A DNA stretch of 64,000 bases. Source: Phoronis australis (Eukaryota; Animalia; Phoronida). How positions within the stretch are numbered: position 1 is the stretch's first letter; the number at the start of each line of letters is the position of its first letter. Below, one piece after another: positions 1 through 12,900 of the stretch. The notes below the pieces were generated by a model. That model was not told the DNA's origin. It ran no database searches and saw nothing but the letters and a program-made list of their open reading frames with translations. The DNA is taken from positions 773,161-837,160 of the forward strand of contig NMRA01000083.1 in the NCBI GenBank assembly GCA_002633005.1, written 5' to 3'. Both the position numbers and the translations under genes were made by a program.

Positions 1-42
1 TTGTTATTATTTACTTGCGACTGAATGTTGATAACCACTTTT

Positions 43-525
43 ATCGGCGAATTTACCCTCCCTTATCTTTCCTCCGACCCCTCTCTCACCCTCCAACGCT
101 CCTCCGTCCAATTTTTCTCCCCACCCTCTCAACCCCCCTACATGACCGTCACCATCTCCAATTTCAAACACCACCATTCCGCCCCTGTTACCTTTCACAT
201 CCCTTCCTCTCCCTCTCCGTACTGTCCTGTTTCCCACCTTCGGACCTACCTGGCCTTATCCCCCTGTTCGTCCGGCCACCTTTTCCTCCTCGCCGACTCC
301 TCCTCCGTCACACGTTCCTTCTTTACCCACCAGCTCAATGCCGTTCTAACCTCTGCCTCCCTTGACCCCTCCTTCTACAAGTCTCACAGTTTCCGCATCG
401 GAGCCGCCACCTCTGCCGCCGCTCGCGGCCTCCCGGAGCCCATCATCCAACGCATGGGCCGCTGGAAGTCCGACGCTGTCAATGGATACATCCGCATGTC
501 AGTTTTCCTCCCACCTCGTCCCTAA
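43..525 (+). pseudogene. Tyrosine recombinase of a DIRS/Ngaro-type retrotransposon, C-terminal part, 5'-truncated
   Basis: ORF 25..525 has YR motifs IGEFT, K (SNFK), CPV, HSFRIGAAT, GRWKS and catalytic Y (GYIR). The Arg normally preceding (I/V)GE is absent, and bases 1-42 are AT-rich, unlike the C-rich element body. Confidence 0.85.
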
Positions 526-1202
526 TTTCCCCCTTCCTCTTGTCTCTCCCTTCCCCAGGCCAGCCACCCGTTACCTCCCATTGGTGTCAGTATTGCCTGC
601 ACCTCCCTCGCAAGCGTCCCTTTGCCTGCCCCTTCCCCATCCACTCCATCCCCTTCGTTCCGTATCTCGTTCGTCTCATTTGTAGATTATTTTGTATTTT
701 ATATTTTCTTCCACCCTATTAGCCATTTTGTTAGGCCTTGGCCTATATTTTGTGTTTCATTTATTCTTAACTTGTTACTCTACCTTTATATCCGACTATT
801 GTTAGCCTTATTTCTCTTATATTAACAAATTTGTTATTCTCTGTTAGCCATTTTTGATTTGATATAACGCTTTATTTTTATATTTTTCTCTCATTTCCTT
901 TTAGTTTTCGTACTCCCGTTTCGTCCTCTAGCTTACCAGTTCGTGTATTCATTTATGTTCGTTTTTTCTCCCTTGTTTTTCCTCATTTATCTACTTTCTT
1001 CCCGCCATGACACGGGGTGAGATAACACCGGCACCTGTTCCAGCCCTGGAAATCGTACCTCCCCCTCCGGTTTGGCACCCGGAGTTAGGGTTGGGTATCC
1101 GGCTGACAGCATTTGTAAGTAGTCCTGCACCCCTTTTCTTTTCATTTCTCTCCCTTCGTGCGTCCCTGCGGATGGGCATGAGCTGTCTTACAACATCTCT
1201 GT

Positions 1203-1393
1203 GGCGCTTTTTATTGCCCATCTTACCAGAGATTACCTATTATACTTATTTACCTGTATTCATTTTATTGTAATTGTACTAGTCCTAATAAATGACCTTA
1301 TATCACCTACATCAGTCTCCTTTCATCTCTGGTAACGAGCTTGCGACGCACGTATCATTTATCTATTATCCGGGACATATGTCGATCATAAAT
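1203..1393 (+). repeat. Split direct repeat B1
   Basis: 191 bp, 3 mismatches versus 1733-1923. Confidence 0.95.
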
Positions 1394-1732
1394 GGTATTT
1401 CACTCGTTAAATATATTTATGTGAGCATATAGACTCGCCTTACTCCTTTTCCCCCTCATCTTGGTCTATTCCATTATTCCCTTGTGTAGGACTACACGAC
1501 GTTTTTCCAGCCTTCGCATTGGTCTGTTGTTATCACGTGCCTAGAGTTTGGTCAGCTCTTGGCTCTTATAGGCTGAGGATTGTCACGTGTCTTTAGGGGC
1601 GTTTTTCTTTGTTATTGTAACCTCACTTTCAATTCACTTTGTTCCGGCCACATTGTCGTACGTCAAAACTCATTCAATTTTCCCACCCTTTTCCTCCCAG
1701 TTTTCGTCATTCTCTCGTACTTCCACGTGGCC

Positions 1733-1923
1733 GGCGCTTTTTATTGCCCATCTTATCAGAGATTACCTATTATACTTATTTACCTGTATTCATTTTATTG
1801 TAATTGTACTAGTCATAATAAATGACCTTATATCGCCTACATCAGTCTCCTTTCATCTCTGGTAACGAGCTTGCGACGCACGTATCATTTATCTATTATC
1901 CGGGACATATGTCGATCATAAAT
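1733..1923 (+). repeat. Split direct repeat B2 (element right end)
   Basis: Copy of 1203-1393, ends ...gatcataaat. Confidence 0.95.
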
Positions 1924-3347
1924 AAAATTATTTCAATGAAAACCCATCAGTTTCAATTACTTGCACCATGACATGACCGAGGAAAATCCAACAGCTGCTA
2001 CAAGTGGTTCTGTACAAAAGTACTCATTCAAAACACTATTACACCAAGAATATACATTTTGAAAACGGACACAGTTGAAGTTATTGGAATCAATTGCAAA
2101 TAACCTCTAAACAGACAAGGCAGACAGGGGGATACCCATTTACGTAATATATGTGTGCCACTCGCAGGCGTGGTTTTTCGCGACATTCGCTGCGAAAGGA
2201 TCGGCTTCTTCACACAGAGGCCCATCTTTGCAACAGAACTCTAAAGAATTACAGCTTCAGGGTTGTTGGGTTAAAGAGTACATAGTTCGCCAAAGGTTGT
2301 TCATTGAATTTCAGTTCTATATAAAATCCTGTCGCGTGGAGGCGACCAAAAATTTCAAAAGATGCTTCCTCATAATATCCATAAAATGAACCCGGAGACA
2401 AATCAGGGCCCCTCGTCCCTCACCCTATGTTTCGAAAGAATGACCCTACAAAAGGGGTACCTATTGAAACTGCTAACTTTGTCGCAAAGACTCCTAAGGA
2501 CACACCTGCAAGCATCCCGATAAAACACAGGGGCTACAACTATCTGCTTTATTAAATATAGTCAACATGTGGGTGAACGCCAATGCAGCACTGGATGAAG
2601 AAAAAAGTCAAAACGGTTGAGACAGCACGACTAAGTTAGATATTTGCGATAATCGTACTGCGCTTGTATTTTTGTAATTCATTACCTTGGTGGAGAACTT
2701 TAATTCTTGCCTCCAGTTTCCATGGCTACGGATTGACATGTGAAGGATTACACCATAGAACCGTGCTGAGATCTACGAACCGCTATTTTTTTTTTCTAGA
2801 ATTAACACAGGCGATTACCGCGGGAGGAATTTCATTTCCGCGTGCATGAAAGTAGTTCCGACCGACGTTTTACACAGTGCGCTATACCGCACGTATAAAT
2901 AAGCTAGATACCCGTACATTTAGATTTAGATTTAGCTGTCTTTCGATCGTCTGCATTTAACAGTTTAAATCGTTTGCGCTAAGCGCTCGCATGAATGTGG
3001 GTGTTTCAAGCTAATGGATGAATACACAAGGCATCTGTGAGCGGAGGGACAGTATTGATTAAAAAGAATGGATCAACCTCGAGTAATTAACCGTGAAACA
3101 TCCGAATTGTTTATATAATCAAATTAGGCAAGTGAATTGTTTCGTTACGGTCGGCAAGTCAATTGTTTTATGGTGAGTGCTGACTTGGTGAAGACTAGAT
3201 GAGGTCGTAACCTTGGATTGGTTTAAGTGGATCCGGAAACAATCGGAATTTTGCATCAAGTGTCTGAACTCTTCATTGCAGTAAGTCATGACTATGTAGG
3301 GTGCTCTACACAAGTCTGGCATTGTTATCGCCCGAGGCAAAACACGG

Positions 3348-3420
3348 ATGAACACCATGAACGCAGGGTCAGCAGCTCTACTTGTGACATGTGGATTGGC
3401 GGTCGTTTTGGGTATTGCAG
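3348..3420 (+). CDS. Neto: Neto-like gene exon 1 (signal peptide)
   Basis: MNTMNAGSAALLVTCGLAVVLGIA + G|gtaagt, a phase-1 donor that matches exon 2. Linkage across a 15.7-kb intron is inferred. Confidence 0.65.
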
Positions 3421-6400
3421 GTAAGTCAAGCCTGTAATGTAGGCGTCGGCACAGTAACGACTGCTGTGGAATTGCCATTTACAACACAAAGAGCCTCATA
3501 CCAACAGTAAAACGTAGTGACGAGGAAAGTGTGGCCTAGTGGTCCCGTATTTTCAGAACCGTTTTCCTGCTCTGATGATAACGGGTATGGGGGAACCGGT
3601 TCTCAAAGTGAAGGACAACTGGATTTTACCATTGTATAAAAGCTCTTTACGACACTAAGGTGCTACTGTGTACTGTTTGACTATCAACTGCCCACGAGAA
3701 TCTTTTTATCATTTTACGAGGACGTATACTTGGGTCCAAGCCAAACTTTGGCTCGTCGTCGGAACCCTCAGCAATTCGTTTTCTAAACCACAGACCGAAA
3801 CTGTCACTCAGAACTTTGACTTTGCATAGATCTAATTCTCTCCGCCGAGGTTAAGCACACCAGTTATGTAGATAGGTAAATCTGCACATAATTACATCCG
3901 TCTCATACTTCGCACACATTGCGTCATTGACCCATGAAATTGCGATTCATCAATAGCCATAACGGATTGTCAGAGCGTTTCGTAATTGGACTTAGTTGCA
4001 TAAAAGATGAGCCAAGGAAGTCCATGTCTGAGCCAAATGGCTTCCTAACTGGCGTCCAGGTCATCAGGCAACTCTGTTTGGCTGGAGAGTAAAAATTTCC
4101 TGTAGGTGAACCATTGTCTCTGTCGTGAACAGACGTTTCTCAAACCGTCCCCAGGCCCCCCTGCTCGACCATCATGAATCTCATGACAGTATTCAACCTT
4201 CGGCACCTTTTCAGTTCGTTTTTTGCCGTTTAACTAGTCCAGAACGTCAACGCACAACGTGGAGCTTTCGCCGAGGTCAAGCATTAGGTGGCCTTAGCTC
4301 CTTGTAATTTTGCCTTTCCAATTTAAATCATAACGAAACTCATTGTTGCGACAGAATTCTGCACAAATGTTTCACGTCTTATAGGTTTGTTGAATTAAAG
4401 GATTGCAGTACAAGGGGTTATTTTTTGAAGTTTGATTCAGTAAATAAGTCTTTTGTATGGGTATCGGTATATAGAAACAAGCCTTTACGAAAGGTTAATT
4501 TTTTATAACTGCTAACTGCAAATGAGTTTAGTTGTATAAAGTCATAGAAAAATGAATTTTTCGTACTGACAGGATGATTACTCTAATTTTCCGTTGTTAT
4601 CCGCGTGCGAGTTTTTCCAGGGGCCATCTGTTTTTTTGGTCACCCAGTCAACACAATGTGTAAGTCGTTGTCAAACTTGTTGTAGGAGCTACGAAATACT
4701 TCACTTTAAGTGGCGATTGACTGGTAAAACATATGTGACGATTGACTGGTAAAACAATGAGTGGTATATTTTTAGTGGCTGGTTAACGATAATAAATATC
4801 ATTTTGTCTGTCTGTTGGTGCACTGGATCAATACTACATAAAACATGGAGCTACAATTGTATATGGCACCATCGCTTGAGTAGCGGTGAAAATCGCAGAT
4901 ATACTGGAAGGGGAAATGATGATAATATTCAAATCGCGGTATAAGGCCAATGTTTGACACACTGCATTGAAACCCCATCTCTCGTTTTAGCACCACCACT
5001 ATGCGGTACTCCGCTAATGTGGTAATCGCGATTTTTGCCTCTACCAATTAAATGGCAGTACAAATGCTTCCGTTTTTATTTATGACGTGTGCGTATGTAT
5101 GCGTGTATAGCATTCTTAATCATCAAAATGCGTGGACGGAGCACAGAGGGAAATTCGCACCACTGAGAGGTTTAAAATGAACCAAGAAACAATCGGTAGT
5201 TTAATATGCAGAGTTACGTGAGAGCGTCTTGAGATATTTACCAAAACAATATATTCACAAACTGTGATAACGAATAATACCACTTGTTCTGAAGTTTCAC
5301 GTTTTAGGTCACTGTGGGCGACGCCTTCACGTGTGGGCATTTTGAAAATATTTTAGCGACGATTACTCCGTCAGCACTCAGTACTATTTCCTGTGAGGGC
5401 CCTCGAATGATTCACTGATCCACCTTTGTTACTTTTCACATCCTCAGCTTCAGATGAAGGTATATTTCACAACTAAATGACGACGCTTTTGCAATCAAAC
5501 GCTAAAATCAACATAATAAGCAGGCTACCACGTATTTTCCAGTGAACCACATGTTTCAGAAATGCTGCTTAAGCGTATGCAGTATATTTGTGATACTCGG
5601 GACATTGCTCTATGAGGGGCTTGGATGTTTCTTGTTTATTTTTAATATTATAAATTTACTTATTTGCGTTTACGGCAGAAAAGTCTTCAGAATTTGTAAC
5701 AACATACCGAATTTCGATGAAGCATGTGATGTAATTGGTATGCCCCGCTTAGTTCGGCTCTCCGCTTAACTTACCAGCGTAAGAAAATTCAAACATCAGA
5801 ATGCAAGACTTTTACATCGATTTCTGGGGCCTGTTTCAGGAAAAATGACTTAAGGTTATGTAGGCCCTTACTGAGGAACATTCTTCATTTAAAATCAATT
5901 ACCAGAAACTAGGCTATGACAACTAGTGATAGTACATAGTTCCTGAAAAAGTAAAGATCACGGATTTTAACAATACATTTTATACTTGCGTGTCCTTGTT
6001 ATTATGACGTGGCCTCCTTTTTGAGTTTAATTTTCATTTCTATCAAAGTTACTTTCATAGTACAAATACCTATAGTCGATTTCAATTAAACCTAAATGAA
6101 AACTTGCCAATATCTCTTAGAAACGCTGATAGAAATTTTCGATTATTCATTTAGTTTGGTTTCTATGACAAATTAACTCGCAAAACATATGGCATTTTCG
6201 TAAAAAAACAACGGTCGTATTCGTCTAAGGCACAGTACAACAAAACTAGGGGATTTTTAAAAAATCCTAACAGCGTTCTTGAAACTGATAAAAAATATTA
6301 CAACTGGAAAGTTTCAATGAAATCCACCGAGTCGCTTTCGAAAACTCGTGTTCCTAATTTCAGATTAAGTCGATTTGCCAATGTCGAAAAAAGTGGAAAA

Positions 6401-6769
6401 CGTCCTGAGTCTTCAAAATCGGACGTCAATCACTTAATTATTTGGTGAAAACTTGTTTTTGGTCAATATAACCTATGCATGCCTTAACCATGTTCGTTAT
6501 TTCAATATTCACTCGCAATATCAACTGAATTTGCAGTACGTAATTAACTAAAGGCATCATAATTTTGTAAGTCGTGGAGTCAAACTAGGTCAAAGGTGGA
6601 GTCAGCAGTAGTTCAACAGTATATTTTGATACACGCCACGCGCCGGCCGAGACTGATATGAACAAACCAACTTGGACAGTACTCGACGTTAAGGCGCGTT
6701 TGGTGACCTGGCAAAAATACCTGGTCGCGCAAAGTATGCGGTACTTACCCGTTTAAGATTCAGGATATT

Positions 6770-6963
6770 TATTCAATACTTGCACGAATTCGCCATCATG
6801 CTTGAAAACGAGGTGTTGTGTCCAAACTACAATGGTTCTGCATGTTTCGAACACAAGCTCTTACACGTTTGCGTTGTTAAAATTAATGCTAAAACTAGGC
6901 AGTGTGTCCTAAACAACAATGCACATCATGTTTTGCAGCGCCACAAAAGTGTGCAAGTAGTGA
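6770..6963. mobile_element. MITE family A copy 1
   Basis: Similar to 18882-19085; termini tattcaatacttgcac ... gtgcaagtagtga. Confidence 0.75.
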
Positions 6964-9772
6964 CTTCATTTGGAGCTTTTGTGTTTGGTTTACATGGTGT
7001 CCTATATAATTGTTGTCAGCACGACAACGAACATCACCAAGATGTTAAAGTTCCGAACCCAAAGTCTATTTGGATGACCATAAAATCACGTTCAAATCGG
7101 TAATGAATTTTTTACAAGAAACGTGACTGAATAACACCTATTCAGGGTGCTTTTGAGAGTTTGCCAATGTATGCAAGCGCTTTCGATAATTGCCCATCAA
7201 AAACTTTCCTATTTTGCGACTGAAATTCAGAAAGCTGAACAAAAAAACGAAGCGAGAGTTTTTGCGGTGTGTAGCCAGTTTGACAGTGACCAAAGTATTC
7301 TTTCGTGTCACAAAAGGTCGCTGAGAAGGAATGTAAAGGAAAGTGTGTCGACCAAGTATGCGCACTCCAACTGTTAATGGCTCATCGCATAGATTTCTCG
7401 CGCTTTTGTGTGTTACCATACATTAGTCGTTCTTTCGCTCACTATTATATTATATCCCGCAACCTCTGGATAGATCAAAATTGGGATTTCACAGGTGCTT
7501 CAAACAACAGCTTTTAGCTGTACATCTGCATAGATTAGATAACAACAAGCACCTCTTCCTTGGGTCATTCATATTTACAAGGTGCCCGCAGGCCTGTACC
7601 AAAAATGCGGGTAGGCGGTGCTTTTTCAGCAAGTTTTGCGGGACTCTTGTGGGGTCCAAGAGGCCCCTAAATTTCCATTACGTGAGGGTAAGTCAGAAAA
7701 ATCTACCCCACAAAAGGGGGTGGTATATAGCAGACCCAAGCACCCGCAATAGTACTTTCATCAATTTTTGCTACACGGCTGCGGGCATCTTACCAATACG
7801 AGTGATCCCCAGGGCATCCCTTATTTCTCACATCGTCAGCTCAACCTGAACTTTTCTGGTTATTGATATCCTAATTCTTTTCAACAAAATACTTATCTGC
7901 AACTAACTAACACAACGACATGGACCACGCTGACAACGGTAACTCGTTAGTGTTTGTACAGTAACGTGAGTATGAAGATACAATTTATTGAATTTCAAAT
8001 GATGAATATATTTCCTCAAAAGCTGCCAGCGTGATGTTTATTTTTAACCCGCAGTTTCAATACACGAGTCCACGCTTTCGTTCATCATCTTGAATATTTG
8101 ATTAGGTAGAGTAAATAAGACCTGTTAAAACCAATATTTTTCAAAAGATATGAGATATCGACTATTTTGTCAAAATGTCAATTATTTCCAAAATACTTAG
8201 GGTTGTCACACATGCGTTTTTCTGTCTGACGTTGGCCCTAAACTAAATTCTGGAGTGAATTAATAACTTCACAAATTATGGTCTAACCTGTGGAGCCCAA
8301 AGTTTCTGTGTTCAAACAACACCGCAGTATTAAACTATTTGCGGCGAAACTCGCATTGAACTCTCTCTCGAGATTGACGAAACGAAGCCCATAATTCATC
8401 ATTCCAGCCTCACCGACCAATCACTTCAATAGCAACCATTTTGCAAGTAAGGTCTCGAGCATATACGCGAACCACTCGCCTTTCACTCACGTGATTTTCA
8501 GTGGCCTTGTGTGATCTGCCTTTTCTCCCAAAAACGTAGTCTACGGAACACTGAGACCCTATGACACTTATCTATTTCTGTGTTAGCTACGAAAACTTAG
8601 TTTCCCATCGACTTGATTGTTGTTAGCGGTCAACAGAAAGTTCATCAGGACCACTAGGGCCATCGTCACTAGTTGTGCTCCAACTACTGGTAGTTGAACT
8701 CCGTGGCTTAGCTAAGATTACTGTCCTTCACAGCCTACTGCCCTTCCCGGACTAATTTCGCCCTGCTCTCCATCGTCGTCATTTTCAAGTCGTCCTCCAG
8801 TCGTCACCAATTTTGCACCGTCGAGATAACTCCGCCGATAGGTAACAAGCCGATATCGCCAATGTCACACTGCCCTCCCCCTCCATCAACGCAACTCAGT
8901 TATTTCTGAATGCCGCACTGGACGGTGCGCCCCCGCCCCCTTGCTGCACCACTGGCTGTACCATCGACCAAACTCATCCATTGGATCTTTTCCAACCACT
9001 ATTATTATATTTACACAACCGATTGCCAAAAACAACGTTTTTACAAGACTTTGAAACGTCTCAGCGTTGCACGAACATTACAGCGGTCAATAAGCATCAA
9101 GTCTTGTCACGCTCGAAATACAGGAATAAATTAGATCTTGAGAGTGTTAGATGTCTAACTTAAAAGGCAACAAGCCTCTGATATCTGATAATTTGATAAT
9201 GAAGGAAGCACGGCTGCTACTGAGTCTTCCGTTAGGAGACCGTATGCATGCGGGCCTCTTGTATTGTGGTCTAGGAACCCCAGGGAGCGCCGATGCAGCT
9301 ACGGAGAAGCACAAGGAGACGATGTGACCATCCTTTCATTGCAAAGCAGTTATGACTTGGATTCAATGCGTTTCTTCGCGTATCGAGCTCACCGCGTCTG
9401 GCCCCTTCATTGAAAAACCTAGGGGTAGTTTGGGACAGACCTTTCCAGACGTCCCTTCCCAGAAGGGAAAGGTACGAACTTGGGAAGGGCAGATTGATGT
9501 CAAGGGACGGTGAAAGAAACTAGAAAGTGGTGTCTATATATCTAGACTTTAAGGAATCAGAAGTATGCATGCATGTTAAACGGACGGGTCAATGTATGCT
9601 CTCCCAGCAATTGCAAGGCCAGTTATACTCGAGTTTTTGTTTATAATACAGAAATGAGTGATCCTCGGTATGCATTGAATCAATGCAGCGATCATGAGTT
9701 AAGTAACATGTGCTTGCCTTTGCATCACTAATAACTCGCGAACGCCACTCAGGTAGTCACTGAAGTCGATTT

Positions 9773-9958
9773 TCTATACGATTTAACTCTATACGATTTA
9801 ACTTTATACGATTTACTCTATACGATTTAACTCTATACGATTTAACTCTATACGATTTAACTCTATACGATTCAACTCTATACGATTTAACTCTATACGA
9901 TTTAACTTCATGCGATTTAACTCTATATGATTTAACTCTATACGATTTAACTCTATAC
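9773..9958. repeat. 15-bp tandem repeat (actctatacgattta), ~12 copies
   Basis: Directly visible; explains the spurious ORFs 9757..9978 and 9813..10028. Confidence 0.95.
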
Positions 9959-12900
9959 CATGAATTTTTGTTTTCCACAACATCTGTCGATTAATTGATG
10001 CAGGTCGCAGAAGTTCCCGTTTTCTCATTTGAATAATGAGTTTGTATTTATGTCACCAACTTTCAACTAGCTGAGCAGTATACCTTATCCAGTCTTATCC
10101 ATTAAGAAAACGCGGTCACAAAACAGGGACGTCTAGGAAGCGGGGAGGGCGGGAGGGGTGTGGCCCCCAATCATTGTCAGGCGAGGTGGCCGGTATAGGC
10201 GTAGAGCGAGGGCAAAATCAGTCATCAGTCGAGAAAAGAAAGACACGGTGAAACATGAAGATAGAGAAATAAAACTGTAGGTGGCCAGTACGAAAATGGA
10301 ATGAGGCGTTTTACTCGCGTAAAATCGGTCTTGTAACGATTCCTTACAGTGACAGGATTTCATTTCCGCGACCAACAAGAACACTGAAACCACCAGGGAC
10401 TCAAGAAAAATGCTTTAGAGTTTACCGAGATGGGCCAACCCTAAAAATTGGTAATTCGAAAATGGCACTGCCTGTGACTTAAATTAGTAACGGGAGTGGA
10501 ATCCGATCACAGTCGGGGATACTATGAGACTGATTTTTTGTATTAAAGGACCAGTTTTATTTTCGTTATTTAGTCAATTAAGCAAGGCAAAATGCAGCTA
10601 CCAGTAGTGGATTTTTGGGACCATGGCCAGGACAGTTTTGTTAGGAGGTTGGGGGAGTCTCAATTTTTTAAATGTTTTAGGGGATGGATCTTCTACACGT
10701 ACCTGAAAATGTGCTCTGAATTCCCACTTATTTCGAAAAGGCTCGAGAAAATTTGTTAAACACATTTTTTTCATAGCACATCGATTAAAATGTTTAAATT
10801 CAAGTAGATGATCCCTAGGGAATGCAAAGCTGTATTTCTCTAGGGACCCCACTCTGGCAAGGGTTAATGAAGCCATTTGGCGCCATGCTTTTACGTGTTT
10901 TTTGAAAATGTGTACATCATTTCAGTTCTTGGAGGAGGCCCACTGATTGTTCCCAATGGTGGAACCCAAAACAACGTCTCTTTTCCTGTTTTTTTCTGAA
11001 ATCGTACAACCTTTTTAAGTTTCCCCATGATAGATATATGTGGCGACCCGATGAAGGTATCAACTGTGACCGTCTATTCCAGTTTTTAAAATGATATAGT
11101 TCGTCATATGTGTGTATTTTGGCAGCATGTCTTTCATATGAATAGCCTACCCCTGTTACAAGCTGTTCCGGGACAATTTCCATTTCCCCTCTATGAATCC
11201 GGCTCTGTAAACTATGCACGAAGGGACGTCGAACAAATGGTCATGAAAACCACATGTGTGCACGAGAAGCACGTCAGCGTCAAGACATGCTGCCCAAACA
11301 ACCAAAAACGTGAGACCGTATTAAAAACAACCAAAACAACAATTGAACGGAATCGAAAGATAAAAGTACTTGAACATAACTATGTGAATTGCACAAAGAC
11401 AACATTTTGATGGTTTTGTAACTGTAAATAGATGGCCATTTTCACGCAGAATTCCAAGAATTGTGTTTCTTTTGAAGAGCATTATTGATGAAGAAATTGC
11501 CTGTACTAACTCGCTGTGTTGATCAGACTGTCAAGGATATGATTATTTGGTGATCTTGTGAAGAGTACATGTCTAAGGGGGGTTAATGTGCTCAAAGTAT
11601 ATGTACTGGCGAGCGTAAACAAAGATTTCTCTGGGATTTTTGAAGCGCAAGCTGAACTTATACATCATGACAATTAACAATACTTCACGTTATAGACGAA
11701 TAAATTCTGAAAATTTCTTGGATAAGACCCCAAATCTCCCTCGTACTCCACCAACTGTCAAGTCCTTGTATATCCGTGCCCATCGCTTCCGGGATGACCT
11801 GAATTGTGGATTTGAAAAAGGTCTTATAACTGACAGTTAACTCGAAATGCTCACTCTGCCTTTTAGTTTTTAAACTGTGTTGCCACGTGATGGCCCAATT
11901 ATTTTTTGTAACTTGCTAAGATTTTGATTCACTTATCCATATACATTGTATTCATTAAAACTGACTGATCCACTGGAGATTTGTGGCTGTTACAAGACCA
12001 TGTTGTAAAAATTTGGTGACGCTTCAGTGAACTTTGATACGGGATGAAATTCGAGAAAATTGCCTTACCCTTTAAACGGCGAAGTGTCCTCGGGGATTTT
12101 TTTGCCACTCTGAAATAATCATCTTAGAACTTATCATAATTGGTATTTTGGATTGATGATCTGTAACAGACACAGGACAACAGAATTCAGACAGCTCAAC
12201 ATCTTTTCGCCTCCCTAGTGCTGCCACTAGAAACTCGGAACCCAATTTGAACAAGGGGTTATGAAATAGCCGTTTAGTCAGTGTACCAGGGACCCCAGAG
12301 CTGCACCGTTTCAAAATGTACCCCTTCAAAGCATGGCCCTAATACATTGAAATTCCCCCAAAAGTGAATCTTGACTTAAAACTCATTTTCACTCTAAGAA
12401 ACTATAACGGAAATTTCCCACTAGAAGCTTCATCTACATATAGGTGAGGCATTTTCTACCCGTAATTCTCGGGAATTCGCAACCCGCGAATGATTTTTGC
12501 TGTGCACCTTTTTGGAAATTCTAAAAGCGTAACGTGCTCACGTCTCAAAAGATACCCCTTTTGGCGAAATTTTGTTGGTACCTAAGTGTCTGATGTCTAC
12601 AACCAGGGAGTTTGTTGCCCAAACAACAAGTACACACACCTAGGGCGAGAGTGGTGTGTCTCACATTTGTTTCATCCATTGAAACAAACCTTCCTGCGCC
12701 TATGCTATTTGTATGCTCGTTGTTTCAATTGAATTCAATTAAACCGTTAATGTCAGTGAAATATATTGTCAGTGCATGGCTGTACGACTGCACGTGTGAT
12801 GAAACCATAGTAACTGTTCTTCCAACGGCCCAAAGCCATTAAATTCACGGTTCACATGTGTCCAATAGGCACAGGAACACCAATGAAAACAAACTTTCCA

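Larger units (their letters stand above)
43..1923 (+). mobile_element. Ngaro-like YR retrotransposon 3' portion (YR - B1 - A2 - B2)
   Basis: YR ORF followed by a pyrimidine-rich tail and two 191-bp direct repeats separated by 339 bp, the split-direct-repeat layout of Ngaro/PAT elements. Confidence 0.8.

Noticed and set aside
9757-10028. Repetitive ORFs (KSYRV / IELNR)
   Set aside because: Translations of a 15-bp tandem repeat
11690-11840. Minus-strand frame faintly like a Harbinger DDE segment (RGRFGVLSKKF)
   Set aside because: Too short and divergent to support without a profile search
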